A stretch of DNA of 64,000 nucleotides from Clostridia bacterium. Lineage in GTDB: Bacteria; Bacillota; Clostridia; TANB77; CAG-508. The notes under the pieces are model-generated. The model saw only the letters and a program-made list of their open reading frames with translations, had not been told where the DNA came from and ran no database searches. Shown piece after piece: positions 1-9,150 of the stretch (positions within the stretch are counted from its first letter, which is position 1; each line of letters opens with the position of its first letter). The stretch is from NCBI GenBank assembly GCA_900752335.1, contig CAADUZ010000023.1, positions 28,927 to 92,926 on the forward strand, in the 5' to 3' direction. The position numbers and the translations under genes were made by a program.

Positions 1-795
1 TTTTATATAGCATTGCTCTGCTACTACAAGTGGAAGGCTGTGTGTAAACAATTTTCTGCTTAATCCTAGTAAAATTAAATTCTTTTCTATAACGTCATTT
101 TGATCTAACTTTCCAACAGAAAATCTGTCAAAATTATCAAACTCGTCTAGTATATCTTTATATGTATCGTTTTTCTCTATTTCAAATTTTATTGGTAAAA
201 TGTTAGATATGTATTCTTCTAATACATTAAATATTTTATTATATACTTCTTGTTTTTCTCCGTCAGTAATATTATCTGCAAGCCTTATTGAATAGTGTTT
301 TAATAATCCTTTGTATAAAGATTCTGTTTCTGCACAGTAGAATTTTTTGTATCTTTCTACTAATTTTTCCTTTTCTGTTAAAACATTTTGGTAATCAAGC
401 CCTATTAAATAGATTTGTTTTCTATATTTATATTCTGCATAATTTGATTCTTTTAAATGAGTAACAACATAATATTGTGATAATGCTTCTTTTTCAAACT
501 CTGTCGCAACGTCGTTTCTTACTTTTTTATAAATCGAATCCATTATATATTTATCTATTGCTTCTAAATACAAAGCATATGCTTCATCTAGTTTTTTTGA
601 TAAAGCTTCTTTTTTGTCTTGGTCTTTAGCTGAATGTAAGTTTTCATATGCTTTTAGTATATTATTTCTTTTTATTGATATTAGCATGCCATTTATTCCA
701 ATTTTTGTTGGTATAAATAATTTGCTTATTGTGTTTGTAATCCTAGAGAAAAATGTCTTTTCCGAATCATAAATTCTTAAACTTCTTTCTTCCAT
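1..795 (-). CDS. hypothetical protein, 3' end outside window
   Basis: Not in the ORF track because no stop lies inside the window. Hand check shows no minus-frame stop from ATG (795-793) to position 1, 265 codons. RBS GGGAGG (rc of 801-806) lies 5 nt upstream. No family recognised. Confidence 0.55.
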   Translation of the reverse strand, partial: MEERSLRIYDSEKTFFSRITNTISKLFIPTKIGINGMLISIKRNNILKAYENLHSAKDQDKKEALSKKLDEAYALYLEAIDKYIMDSIYKKVRNDVATEFEKEALSQYYVVTHLKESNYAEYKYRKQIYLIGLDYQNVLTEKEKLVERYKKFYCAETESLYKGLLKHYSIRLADNITDGEKQEVYNKIFNVLEEYISNILPIKFEIEKNDTYKDILDEFDNFDRFSVGKLDQNDVIEKNLILLGLSRKLFTHSLPLVVAEQCYIK

Positions 796-830
796 TTTAT
801 CCTCCCTTTCTCTTCATTAGTGCATAATAT

Positions 831-2012
831 TTAAAAAATTATTTTTTCTTTTATTCCAATATTTTCTTCTACTTCATACGTAACTTCTACTTCTATATAT
901 TCCGCTTCTTGAACTACATTTACTTCTTTGTTTAGTATTTTCTTACCATCTAACTGTTCTTTCAAACTTTCCTTTGCTCTATCTATTCCTATTTGTTTTG
1001 CTTCTTCAAAGCTATGTACCACAAGCTTTTCCTCATATTCTTTATATGTGTATTTTACAAGTTCAAATGGTAAATAAAAATTGGAAAATAACTTTAATTT
1101 TTTATTCTCCTCTATTGTATCATATTTTTGAAATTTTGGAAGACTTTTTGGCAAATTTATTTGAAAATTATTTATCTTTACGGAATATGCATTTTTGCTT
1201 TCTCCCGTTTCTATTTTTTGAGTTTCTTTTAAATAAACTTTTTCTACTGTTTTATAGCTTACTTTTGCCTGAACCTCGCCTCTTGCATGGACATATTGCT
1301 TTCCTGTATACTTTCCTTCCATCCAGCCAGAAATCAATATATCTCCATTTGTTACAGTATCTCCCTCTTTTACTAGGGGTGTACCATTTTGAGCCGTTAC
1401 TTTTAATATTACAGCATCTCTTTCTGCCACAATGTTGCAATATTCTTCTTCGTCAATTATCTCCGGTTTTTCGTCTGCCTTTACTAATTTTATAACAGCA
1501 TTTGTCCCCTCTATATCAATTCCAACCCACGATACGTCATCTCGCTCTAATCGTATTTTATTAATTATATTTTTTGTGTCTACATTGCCTTTAAATGCAC
1601 CTACTTCTAATCCTTCTGTTTTGACCAGTTCTAGTATTTCTTCTTTTGGAATGCTACTATCTCCCTCAATTTCTATATTCCAAATAAAATTAGATAAAAT
1701 AATTATAGTTACCAGTATTAGCAACAAAAAAAGAAGAAATACTTTTCTTTTTTTGTACTTATTTATTATAAATGGCAGCCCTCTCTTGCTTTTGATTTTC
1801 ACCTTGCATTTAGTTTTTCTACATATCGACTTTATTCTTCTAAAGTCCTCTATTTTAACACAAGCAAACATTTTTATAGAATTTTCTTTTTTAATATTCC
1901 ATAAATTTATTTGTTTGGTACTGCAAATATTGATAAATTTTTCTATATAATATCCTTCTATTGCAATGCATAAATATCCGGACATGTATTCCATAATTCT
2001 ATTTTGTTTCAA
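831..2012 (-). CDS. yqfD: sporulation protein YqfD
   Basis: 393 aa with a single TM (FLLFLLLILVTIIILSNFIW) after an N-terminal domain. Length and layout are typical of YqfD, and it sits directly downstream of yqfC as in Bacillus and Clostridium. Confidence 0.85.
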   Translation of the reverse strand: MKQNRIMEYMSGYLCIAIEGYYIEKFINICSTKQINLWNIKKENSIKMFACVKIEDFRRIKSICRKTKCKVKIKSKRGLPFIINKYKKRKVFLLFLLLILVTIIILSNFIWNIEIEGDSSIPKEEILELVKTEGLEVGAFKGNVDTKNIINKIRLERDDVSWVGIDIEGTNAVIKLVKADEKPEIIDEEEYCNIVAERDAVILKVTAQNGTPLVKEGDTVTNGDILISGWMEGKYTGKQYVHARGEVQAKVSYKTVEKVYLKETQKIETGESKNAYSVKINNFQINLPKSLPKFQKYDTIEENKKLKLFSNFYLPFELVKYTYKEYEEKLVVHSFEEAKQIGIDRAKESLKEQLDGKKILNKEVNVVQEAEYIEVEVTYEVEENIGIKEKIIF

Positions 2013-2035
2013 ATGTTTTCCTCCTTCTTTCGTAA

Positions 2036-2317
2036 TTACTCTTCATCTACTACTTCTTCGAAATCTACACCTTCTATTTTTCCTGTGACTAGCAAATCGT
2101 CAGAAGTCATTTCTTCTAGTTTTAAATCAAATCCATTTATATTAATTATTCCTATATGCGTATTAACCCTAACAAAATAGTCCTGATACTCTAATATACC
2201 CATGTAATTTTCTATAAGTAGCCTTTCAAAACCAGTTATAGTAAGCTTGGGATTATCAGTACCCAGTTCTACCGGAATTTCTAATATTTCATCTAGCTTT
2301 CTTAATTTTCTTCTCAT
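2036..2317 (-). CDS. yqfC: sporulation protein YqfC
   Basis: 93 aa with a YqfC-like sequence (ITGFERLLIENYMGILEYQDYFVRVNT...LLVTGKIEGVDFEE), paired with yqfD. Confidence 0.85.
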   Translation of the reverse strand: MRRKLRKLDEILEIPVELGTDNPKLTITGFERLLIENYMGILEYQDYFVRVNTHIGIININGFDLKLEEMTSDDLLVTGKIEGVDFEEVVDEE

Positions 2318-2341
2318 GATTCCTCCTAGTTTGATAAATTT

Positions 2342-3151
2342 CTATCTTTCGAATTCGTCCAAAGTCTTAAATTCGTATCCCATATTTTTTATTTCTTTTA
2401 TACAATAATCTAAAATATTGCTATTATCCTTTGAAGTGCTATGAAGTAGCATTACTTCTCCGTTATGCACATTTTCTAATATCTTCTGCTTTCCATATTC
2501 TTCTCTACCTTGTTTATTTTCGTCCCAATCGTCATATGCAAATGACCACATTACAGTTGTATATCCTAATGTGTTTGTATATGCAACACTTGCCTCACTA
2601 TATTCACCTTTTGGAGGTCTTATATATTTCATTTCATATCCAAACTTATCATACAATGCTGTATGAAGCTCCATTACGTCTTCTTTTATCTCTTCTTCAC
2701 TAGACTCCGGCATACATATATGGTCTGCTGTATGGTTACCTATTATATGTCCATCTTCTATCATTTTTTGCACCATAGCTGCAGAGGAATTTAAATAATG
2801 CCCTGTTATAAAAAATGTAGCTTTTACGTCGTTTTGCTTTAATACTTCTAATATTTTTTCCGTATATCCAGCCTCATATCCACAGTCAAATGTTAAATAT
2901 ATGTATTTTTTCTGACTATTTCCCATAGCTATACCATTATATTTATCTATTATCCCTTTATTTTCAGTTCCTAAATCCGGTTGTTCATGGTTCTTTCCTC
3001 TTTTTATTCCCCACTCTATTTTTTTAGTACTTATTGCGCTACTAGCACTTGTTTGTACCGTTTCATTATTTACATTTATTACAGATATTGTAAATATTAC
3101 TACTAAAAAACATGTAAAAAACATTGTTAAATTTTTAATGTTTACTTTCAT
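2342..3151 (-). CDS. polysaccharide deacetylase family sporulation protein (PdaA/PdaB-like)
   Basis: NodB-type motifs YLTFDCGYE, ATFFITGHY, IGNHTADH, with an N-terminal signal/TM. Start moved to ATG 3151, which has GGAGGA upstream; ATG 3163 lacks an RBS. Confidence 0.8.
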   Translation of the reverse strand: MKVNIKNLTMFFTCFLVVIFTISVINVNNETVQTSASSAISTKKIEWGIKRGKNHEQPDLGTENKGIIDKYNGIAMGNSQKKYIYLTFDCGYEAGYTEKILEVLKQNDVKATFFITGHYLNSSAAMVQKMIEDGHIIGNHTADHICMPESSEEEIKEDVMELHTALYDKFGYEMKYIRPPKGEYSEASVAYTNTLGYTTVMWSFAYDDWDENKQGREEYGKQKILENVHNGEVMLLHSTSKDNSNILDYCIKEIKNMGYEFKTLDEFER

Positions 3152-3282
3152 ATCGTCCTCCATAAAAAATTTGATTTATAAAATTTTATTCTTAAGCCAC
3201 ATATTTATTCCTAGTACTGATATATTCGTACCTTATTCTTTCATAATTCGACAAATAAATTTATTTTTCTAAAAAATTTATA

Positions 3283-3311
3283 TTGACAAGCTAAAATTTT
3301 TAGATTATATT
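3283..3311 (+). promoter_or_regulatory. sigma-A type promoter for the LytTR regulator / kinase operon
   Basis: TTGACA (3283-3288), 17-nt spacer, TATATT (3306-3311), about 80 nt upstream of ATG 3392. Confidence 0.5.
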
Positions 3312-3391
3312 ATTATTAAAATTGGAAAAAATTGGTTGTGTTTTTTCTATTTTAGTTTTTTCGGATTTTATTTATTATACGGAGGATAAAA

Positions 3392-4145
3392 ATGTTAAGT
3401 TTTGTTTTATGTGACGATAATCAAAGCGCTATTGACAAGCTATCTAAAATGCTAGATTCAATTATTATTTCTCATAATTTAAAAGCTCAATTATCTTATG
3501 CTACAACAAATCCCATTGATTTATTACAATATACAAAAACCCACCAAACCGACGTATTATTGCTAGATATAGATTTAAAATCTTCTACTTCTGGCTTACA
3601 AATTGCCGAGCAAATTAGAGAAATAGACAAAAATGTTTACATTATTTTTGTAACAGGACATTTTGAGTTTGGATTAGTTGCATATAAATATAAAACTTTT
3701 GATTTCCTTCAAAAACCTTTGACAAAAGAACGATTTGAAGAAACTATTTTGAGGCTGTATTCTGATATTTTGCGGCAGTTCTTCGAAATACATAAGGCTG
3801 GATAATGATAGGACCGTAATTAAAGAAAACAGTATTAGATTTATAAAAAAGGAAGGTATGAAGGTAATATTCCACACGGATACACGAGATTATGAAACTT
3901 ACAGCTCTTTTACAAAGATATCTGGTATGTTACCTTATAATTTTGTCAGATGCCATAAGTCCTATATAGTAAATCTTTCAAAAATAACTGATATAGATTT
4001 TATTGATAATGAAATTACTTTTACTAAAAACGATAAATGCTATATCGGTCCAAAATATAAAAATAATTTTATGGAGGTTTTAAAAAATGAATATTTTACA
4101 AACAATTTGGTCTGCATTGACGACGCAAAGTGCGACTTTGACTAA
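3392..4145 (+). pseudogene. LytTR-family (AgrA-like) response regulator, frameshifted
   Basis: The receiver domain (3392-3805, DDN...LLLDIDL...IFVTGH) stops at 3803-3805. The LytTR domain reads in another frame, open from 3753 (SKYIRLDNDRTVIKENSIRFIKKEGMKVIFHT...FVRCHKSYIVN). One nucleotide near 3783-3790 separates the frames. Confidence 0.8.
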
Positions 4146-5439
4146 TGTTTTAGGAATACCTTTAATGTTTCTAGATTTAACTGTATGCATGTATTTCTTT
4201 ACAACTATTTTAAATATAGAAACTACTAAACGTCAAAAAATAACTTATGTACTTGTGCTTGGAACTATTGCAAATATTGCCAGCTTTATTATTCCAACGT
4301 CTTACAAAATATTTTTTAATATGATAGTTTGGCCAGTAGCAATATTTTTCATACTAAAAGCTAATATAATAAAAAGTTTCTTGGCAGAAGCAATAATTTT
4401 AGTTACTACTTCTATATTAGAATCTATCTTTATAAACATTTTGCATTTAAGTTTTAACTTATCATATAACGATATTGCTTTAACACCTATTTATAGATTA
4501 ATTTGCGTTATATCTATATACTTAATAATATTTTTATTAACAAAAGTAATTAAATATTTCAAAATTAATATAAATATAATTGACGATTTACCTACTAAAA
4601 GCAAAGTGTTATTGGGCGTAAGTATATTGCTAACTATATCTGTAATAATTTTTCAATTTATATTACTAATGTTCTACAATACAATAATGCCAACAATAGT
4701 GTCTGTAGTAAATATACTAATTTTAATTATCTATTTTTCTATAAGTATTTGTAGTATCATAAACATATCTAAACTTGCATCTACAAAACAAGATTTAGAA
4801 AGTGCTAACCTTACAATTAACTCACTTTCAATTTTGCATGATAGTGTTAGGTCTTTTAAACATGTTTTTGATAGCATTGTAAATAGTATTGGTGGCTATG
4901 TTGTAAATGAAGATATGGAAGGACTTAAGAAATATTATAATCAATTATTAGAAGAATGTCATAAAACAAATAATCTATATGCACTTTCACCAAAAGTAAT
5001 AAATCATCCTGCAATTTATCATATGCTTGCTACAAAATATTATGAAGCTGATAAAGAAAATATACAAATTAATTTAAATGTTTTCCTAGATTTAAACGAA
5101 ATCGAAGCTCGCATGAAAATTTATGATTTTACTAGAATATTAGGTATACTTTTAGATAATGCTATTGAAGCTGCAAAATTATGTGATAAAAAAGTTATCA
5201 ATGTTACTTTTAGAAAGCAGATAAGCAATGATATGATAGTAGTAATTATTCAAAATACTTATACAAATAAAGAAGTAGATACAGAAGAAATTTATCAAAA
5301 AGGTATAAGTAGCAAAGAAAATCATAGTGGACTTGGATTATGGAAAATTAGACAAATATTAATGCGTAATAATAATTTAAATTTATTTACCACTAAAGAC
5401 GACGAATATTTTACACAACAATTTGAAATATTTAAATAA
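4087..5439 (+). CDS. AgrC/ComD-type (HPK10) GHKL sensor histidine kinase
   Basis: 450 aa. The N-terminal ~200 aa are polytopic membrane; the C-terminal ATPase region has LLDNAIEA and HSGLGLWKIRQIL. GGAGG lies before ATG 4087. It is adjacent to the LytTR regulator and convergent with agrBD. Confidence 0.8.
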   Translation: MNILQTIWSALTTQSATLTNVLGIPLMFLDLTVCMYFFTTILNIETTKRQKITYVLVLGTIANIASFIIPTSYKIFFNMIVWPVAIFFILKANIIKSFLAEAIILVTTSILESIFINILHLSFNLSYNDIALTPIYRLICVISIYLIIFLLTKVIKYFKININIIDDLPTKSKVLLGVSILLTISVIIFQFILLMFYNTIMPTIVSVVNILILIIYFSISICSIINISKLASTKQDLESANLTINSLSILHDSVRSFKHVFDSIVNSIGGYVVNEDMEGLKKYYNQLLEECHKTNNLYALSPKVINHPAIYHMLATKYYEADKENIQINLNVFLDLNEIEARMKIYDFTRILGILLDNAIEAAKLCDKKVINVTFRKQISNDMIVVIIQNTYTNKEVDTEEIYQKGISSKENHSGLGLWKIRQILMRNNNLNLFTTKDDEYFTQQFEIFK

Positions 5440-5450
5440 TTATAGAACTA

Positions 5451-5480
5451 AAAATAACCTCTTTATAGAGGCTATTTTTA
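5451..5480. terminator. bidirectional rho-independent terminator between kinase and agrD
   Basis: AAAAATAACCTCT-ttat-AGAGGCTATTTTT, a 13-bp stem with one mismatch and A/T runs on both sides. Confidence 0.6.
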
Positions 5481-5540
5481 GTTTTGTCGATTTTATATTT
5501 ATTATATGGAAAATAGTTGTTATCCAATTTGATTTATTAA

Positions 5541-5660
5541 TTAATCTTTTTTTATTAATGATGCAGGCATTTTTGGTTGGTGTAATATTCCTGCGAAGAA
5601 ACACGCTGTGTTTGTTGATTTTGCATATTTTTCTGCCATTTTTGCTAGACTTTTTAACAT
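5541..5660 (-). CDS. agrD: AgrD autoinducing-peptide precursor (39 aa, below the ORF-track cutoff)
   Basis: Hand translation gives MLKSLAKMAEKYAKSTNTACFFAGILHQPKMPASLIKKD. RBS GGGGAGGAG (rc of 5669-5677) lies 8 nt upstream. It is 88 nt downstream of agrB. It has an amphipathic N-terminus, a single Cys, and an HQPKMP C-terminal recognition-type motif. Confidence 0.8.
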   Translation of the reverse strand: MLKSLAKMAEKYAKSTNTACFFAGILHQPKMPASLIKKD

Positions 5661-5748
5661 AATAAACTCCTCCCCTGTTTTTTAGTTTATATAATAAAAC
5701 ATTGCCGGCTAATGTTTTTATTATCAATATTTTTTGCTTTTGTAAACT

Positions 5749-6378
5749 TTAATTTTGTAATTCTTCCTTATATACTTCATGTCCATACTTATTGTTTGTT
5801 ATTTTATATGCTAGTCTTGATATAAATAAAGACTGCATAATTGTTCCTATTATTAATATATTTGATAATGTACTATCTTTTAAAAATATTGCTATTCCTA
5901 AAGTTATAGTAAGTATTATATATGATAGTATCTTCTTCGTTTTTCTTTCTTTTTTACTTATAATTGGTAAATTTTCTGTATCTGCTGGTGCATATAAACT
6001 TATCATAAGTATTCCAAAAACAAAACTTAAAGCTATTAATATATATTTTTCTAAACTATCTAAATTTAAAAACTTGCTCAATAATATTGTTCCATAATAT
6101 GATATTGCACTTACTGTAATGCAGCCTAAATGTGTGTGTAGATGAATTCCGCCCGATACCATTTTGTATGGCATTATTGTTATGTAGGCAAACAACATAT
6201 ACCATCCAAAACCTAATAGAAAACTTACAGCAAATAACAATAATGTTTTTGGTATTTCTCCTATTATTAGCTGTAGTCCATATTTTATTACTTCTTCTTT
6301 TTCTTTTGTTATATCTGGCATTTCTTTTTTCATTCTGTTTAGTATAAATTCACAAATTTTGTCTACCAATTTGCTCAC
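5749..6378 (-). CDS. agrB: accessory gene regulator B (AgrD-processing membrane peptidase)
   Basis: 209 aa polytopic membrane protein with the AgrB signature MVSGGIHLHTHLGC (catalytic His/Cys region). The start is uncertain: GTG 6378, or TTG 6369 preceded by GAGGTGA. Confidence 0.85.
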   Translation of the reverse strand: MSKLVDKICEFILNRMKKEMPDITKEKEEVIKYGLQLIIGEIPKTLLLFAVSFLLGFGWYMLFAYITIMPYKMVSGGIHLHTHLGCITVSAISYYGTILLSKFLNLDSLEKYILIALSFVFGILMISLYAPADTENLPIISKKERKTKKILSYIILTITLGIAIFLKDSTLSNILIIGTIMQSLFISRLAYKITNNKYGHEVYKEELQN

Positions 6379-6463
6379 CTCATTTGTACTAAAACTATAT
6401 TAATACTTTTTTTGACATTTTTTTCATTTTATATACAAAGAGGGCTATATACTTTATGAAATT

Positions 6464-6493
6464 ATTTTCGAATAAGATTATGGCATTTTCGTA
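6464..6493 (-). promoter_or_regulatory. candidate LytTR (AgrA-type) operator upstream of agrBD
   Basis: ATTTTCGAA (6464-6472) and ATTTTCGTA (6485-6493) are 9-mers differing at one position, 21 bp start to start. They lie ~90-115 nt upstream of the agrB start. Confidence 0.45.
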
Positions 6494-6543
6494 AAATTTA
6501 CATAATATTTATATTAGCATAAAAAAGAAGCTATTTCTAGCTT

Positions 6544-7231
6544 CTATAATTCTATATCTTCTATTATTTTCCAACTGCCTACTGGTTTTGGTATTGATTT
6601 AAAAATCATTTCTTCTTTAGTAATTGGGTGCAATATTTTTAATGTATATGCCCATAATGCAATTTGCTTTCCATGACCTCTTCCGCCATATTTTTGATCC
6701 CCATATATACTATGGTTTCTACTAGATAATTGTACTCGTATTTGATGGTGTCTTCCTGTATGTAAATTTATTTTTAATAACGATAAGTCTATTTCTTCAT
6801 TGTATTTTAGAACTTCATAATCAAGTGATGCGAATTTTGCATTTCTCGTACCTTCTTTTACAACTTTACTCATGTTGTTTTTCTCGTTTTTTAGCAAATA
6901 ATCTTCTAATGTACCGCTTCTTGCTCTCCATCTTTCCATTTACTATAACTAAATATGTTTTTTGAAATATTTTTTCTCTAACCTGCTCGCTTAATCTTGC
7001 TGCTGCTTTTGAAGTTTTTGCAAATACCATTACCCCACCTACTGGTCTATCTAGTCTATGAACTAACCCTAAATATACATTCCCAGGTTTGTTATACTTT
7101 TCTTTTATGTATTCTTTTATTATTGTAAGCATATCAACATCTCCAGTTTTATCGCCCTGTGATGGTATGTTTACTGGTTTTTCTACTACTATTATATGAT
7201 TATCCTCAAATATTACTTTTAAATCTTGCAT
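6544..7231 (-). pseudogene. RluA-family pseudouridine synthase, frameshifted
   Basis: The N-terminal ORF (6866-7231) has the catalytic motif GLVHRLDRPVGGVMVF. The C-terminal ORF (6544-6939) has HTGRHHQIRVQL. The frames overlap at 6866-6939. Removing one base near CGG (about 6912) gives GKMESKKGTLEDYLLK. Confidence 0.8.
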
Positions 7232-7239
7232 TTTTACCT

Positions 7240-8100
7240 CTACTTACTTTCCCATTTTCCATAAATTCCACAAGGAAGTATTAATTTGGAATTTGTCATT
7301 GGTAAGCCTATTTCTCCATGTGAAAATTGACCGTCTTCCTTTATATTTAGCCTTAAAATATTTTCTAACACTGTGCTAGAAATTCCTGTAGTATATGAAT
7401 TTATTAAGAAAAACAATGGTTTATCTGATAATACTTTTGAACATAGTTCTACTAAATCTGAAATGTTATCTTCAAATTTCCATACTTCGCCATTAGTTCC
7501 TCTACCATAAGATGGTGGATCCATTATTATTCCATCATATTTATTGCCTCTACGTATTTCTCTATTTACAAATTTAACCACGTCGTCTACTATAAATCTA
7601 ACTGGTCTTTCTCTTAAACCTGACGAAGTTAAATTTTCTTTTGCCCATGCCGTCATGCCTTTAGAGCTATCCACATGGCAAACTGATGCACCTGCATAGC
7701 TACATGCAACAGTTGCACCTCCTGTGTAAGCAAATAAATTTAAAACTTTTATTTCTCTTTTAGCACTTCTAATTTTTTGTATCATCCATTCCCAATTAAC
7801 AGCTTGCTCTGGAAATAGCCCAGTATGCTTAAATCCCATTGGTTTTATATTAAATACTAAATCTTTGTATTTTATTTGCCAATTTTCTGGAAGTTTGCTA
7901 TTGTATTTCCAAGCACCTCCACCACTAGAACTTCTATTATATCTAGCATTTGCTTTATTCCATTTTTCTGGAAATGATTTATTTTTCCAAATTATTTGTG
8001 GGTCCGGTCTTATTAAAATAATATTTCCCCATCTTTCTAGTTTTTCGCCATTTGCCATGTCTAATATTTCATAATCTTTCCAATTATTTGCTATATTCAT
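7240..8100 (-). CDS. class I SAM-dependent RNA methyltransferase (RlmI/RlmK-like)
   Basis: Contains LNLFAYTGGATVACSYAGASVCHVDSS (SAM-binding fold) and IIMDPPSYGR. Start set at ATG 8100, with GGAGAGG upstream. Confidence 0.7.
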   Translation of the reverse strand: MNIANNWKDYEILDMANGEKLERWGNIILIRPDPQIIWKNKSFPEKWNKANARYNRSSSGGGAWKYNSKLPENWQIKYKDLVFNIKPMGFKHTGLFPEQAVNWEWMIQKIRSAKREIKVLNLFAYTGGATVACSYAGASVCHVDSSKGMTAWAKENLTSSGLRERPVRFIVDDVVKFVNREIRRGNKYDGIIMDPPSYGRGTNGEVWKFEDNISDLVELCSKVLSDKPLFFLINSYTTGISSTVLENILRLNIKEDGQFSHGEIGLPMTNSKLILPCGIYGKWESK

Positions 8101-8111
8101 TTTCCTCTCCT

Positions 8112-9044
8112 TTATATACTCATATAACATTTTTCTTTTAAAAATTTACTGATTTCTTCTTCATTATTTCCTTCATAATATGAAACAAGCAAACTCTTAA
8201 ACTCTTCCGTTAATTCTACTGGAATCACTATAATCCCTTTTCCTTTTGATATTAAATAATGATTACTAAATATTACTGCTGTTCTTTTATTTCCATCAAT
8301 AAATATCTGCTTTTTCATAATATATAGTAAAATTTGAATGGCTTTATCTATGTCATCTATATTCTTTTTCAAGATTTCTTCTAAATCTTCTTTTATCACA
8401 CTTTCTATTGGTAATTCTGGTTGCCATTTTGTTCCGCCTATAGTAACAGGCACATTTCTTATTTTCCCTGCTGAATAATAAAAGCCTTCTTCTACCATTT
8501 TATTAATTTCACACAATAATGCAAAATTAGTAGGGCTTAAAATAACGTTTTTATTTAGTATAAATTCCCAAGCATGTTTTAAGTTTACTACTTTAAGTAT
8601 ATCTTCAGAGGTCATGTTATTTACTTTTCCACCTTCGATAATACTTTCTGTATCTGCGAAAGTTGTTGCCACACCTTCTAATATTGCTTGTTTGTATATT
8701 GTATCTACTAAATGTCTTTTGGCAAAATCTATATTCAGTTCTACTTTTTCTGAAAGCTCTTCTTCTTTATAATTTAGTTGTTTCAATTTTTTTGTTATTT
8801 CTCGTATTTGTCTTTTTAACTCTTTTGCCTTAATACTATTGTTTAATACTAAATTATATAATTCTTCTGAATATTCACCAACATATTTGGTTAATGCTAC
8901 ACCATTTTCTCTATAATGCACATATATATATTGATTTGAATTATTTTCTCTTATTTCAACCGAGCCATAAGCAAGAGATGCAAGTTCATTTTCAAGCATT
9001 TGCTTATTTTTAAGAAGATTCATTATTTCAACCTTTTCTTCCAT
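8112..9044 (-). CDS. Fic/DOC (Fido) family protein with degenerate active-site motif
   Basis: 310 aa. The C-terminal Fido core reads QIFIDGNKRTAVIFSNHYL in place of the canonical HxFx(D/E)GNGRxxR. Confidence 0.6.
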   Translation of the reverse strand: MEEKVEIMNLLKNKQMLENELASLAYGSVEIRENNSNQYIYVHYRENGVALTKYVGEYSEELYNLVLNNSIKAKELKRQIREITKKLKQLNYKEEELSEKVELNIDFAKRHLVDTIYKQAILEGVATTFADTESIIEGGKVNNMTSEDILKVVNLKHAWEFILNKNVILSPTNFALLCEINKMVEEGFYYSAGKIRNVPVTIGGTKWQPELPIESVIKEDLEEILKKNIDDIDKAIQILLYIMKKQIFIDGNKRTAVIFSNHYLISKGKGIIVIPVELTEEFKSLLVSYYEGNNEEEISKFLKEKCYMSI

Positions 9045-9091
9045 ATCTTTGCCCCCTTAAAATTTATTTCACAGTTATATTATATCATAAA

Positions 9092-9150
9092 AAGAAAAAA
9101 TGTGAAACATTTTTAGTGTTTTTTCTTAATTTTGTTTCACATTTTTTCTT
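9092..9150 (-). terminator. long hairpin after the 66-aa gene
   Basis: AAGAAAAAATGTGAAACA (9092-9109) pairs perfectly with TGTTTCACATTTTTTCTT (9133-9150): 18-bp stem, 23-nt loop. Confidence 0.45.

Noticed and set aside
974-1950. Plus-strand ORFs of 173 and 172 aa (and the 62-aa minus ORF) overlapping yqfD.
   Set aside because: They are antisense or alternate-frame shadows of a well-supported gene. The sequences are low-complexity and Leu/Phe/Ser-rich, as expected from AT-rich antisense frames, and have no RBS. The same reasoning applies to the many similar shadow ORFs in the track, for example 10132-11403, 43694-44764, 48274-48867 and 49698-50213.
5440-5727. 95-aa minus-strand ORF filling the agrB-kinase spacer.
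   Set aside because: It is basic and low-complexity, has no RBS, and is in a different frame from the 39-codon agrD, which has a consensus RBS and AgrD features. It also runs through the bidirectional terminator.
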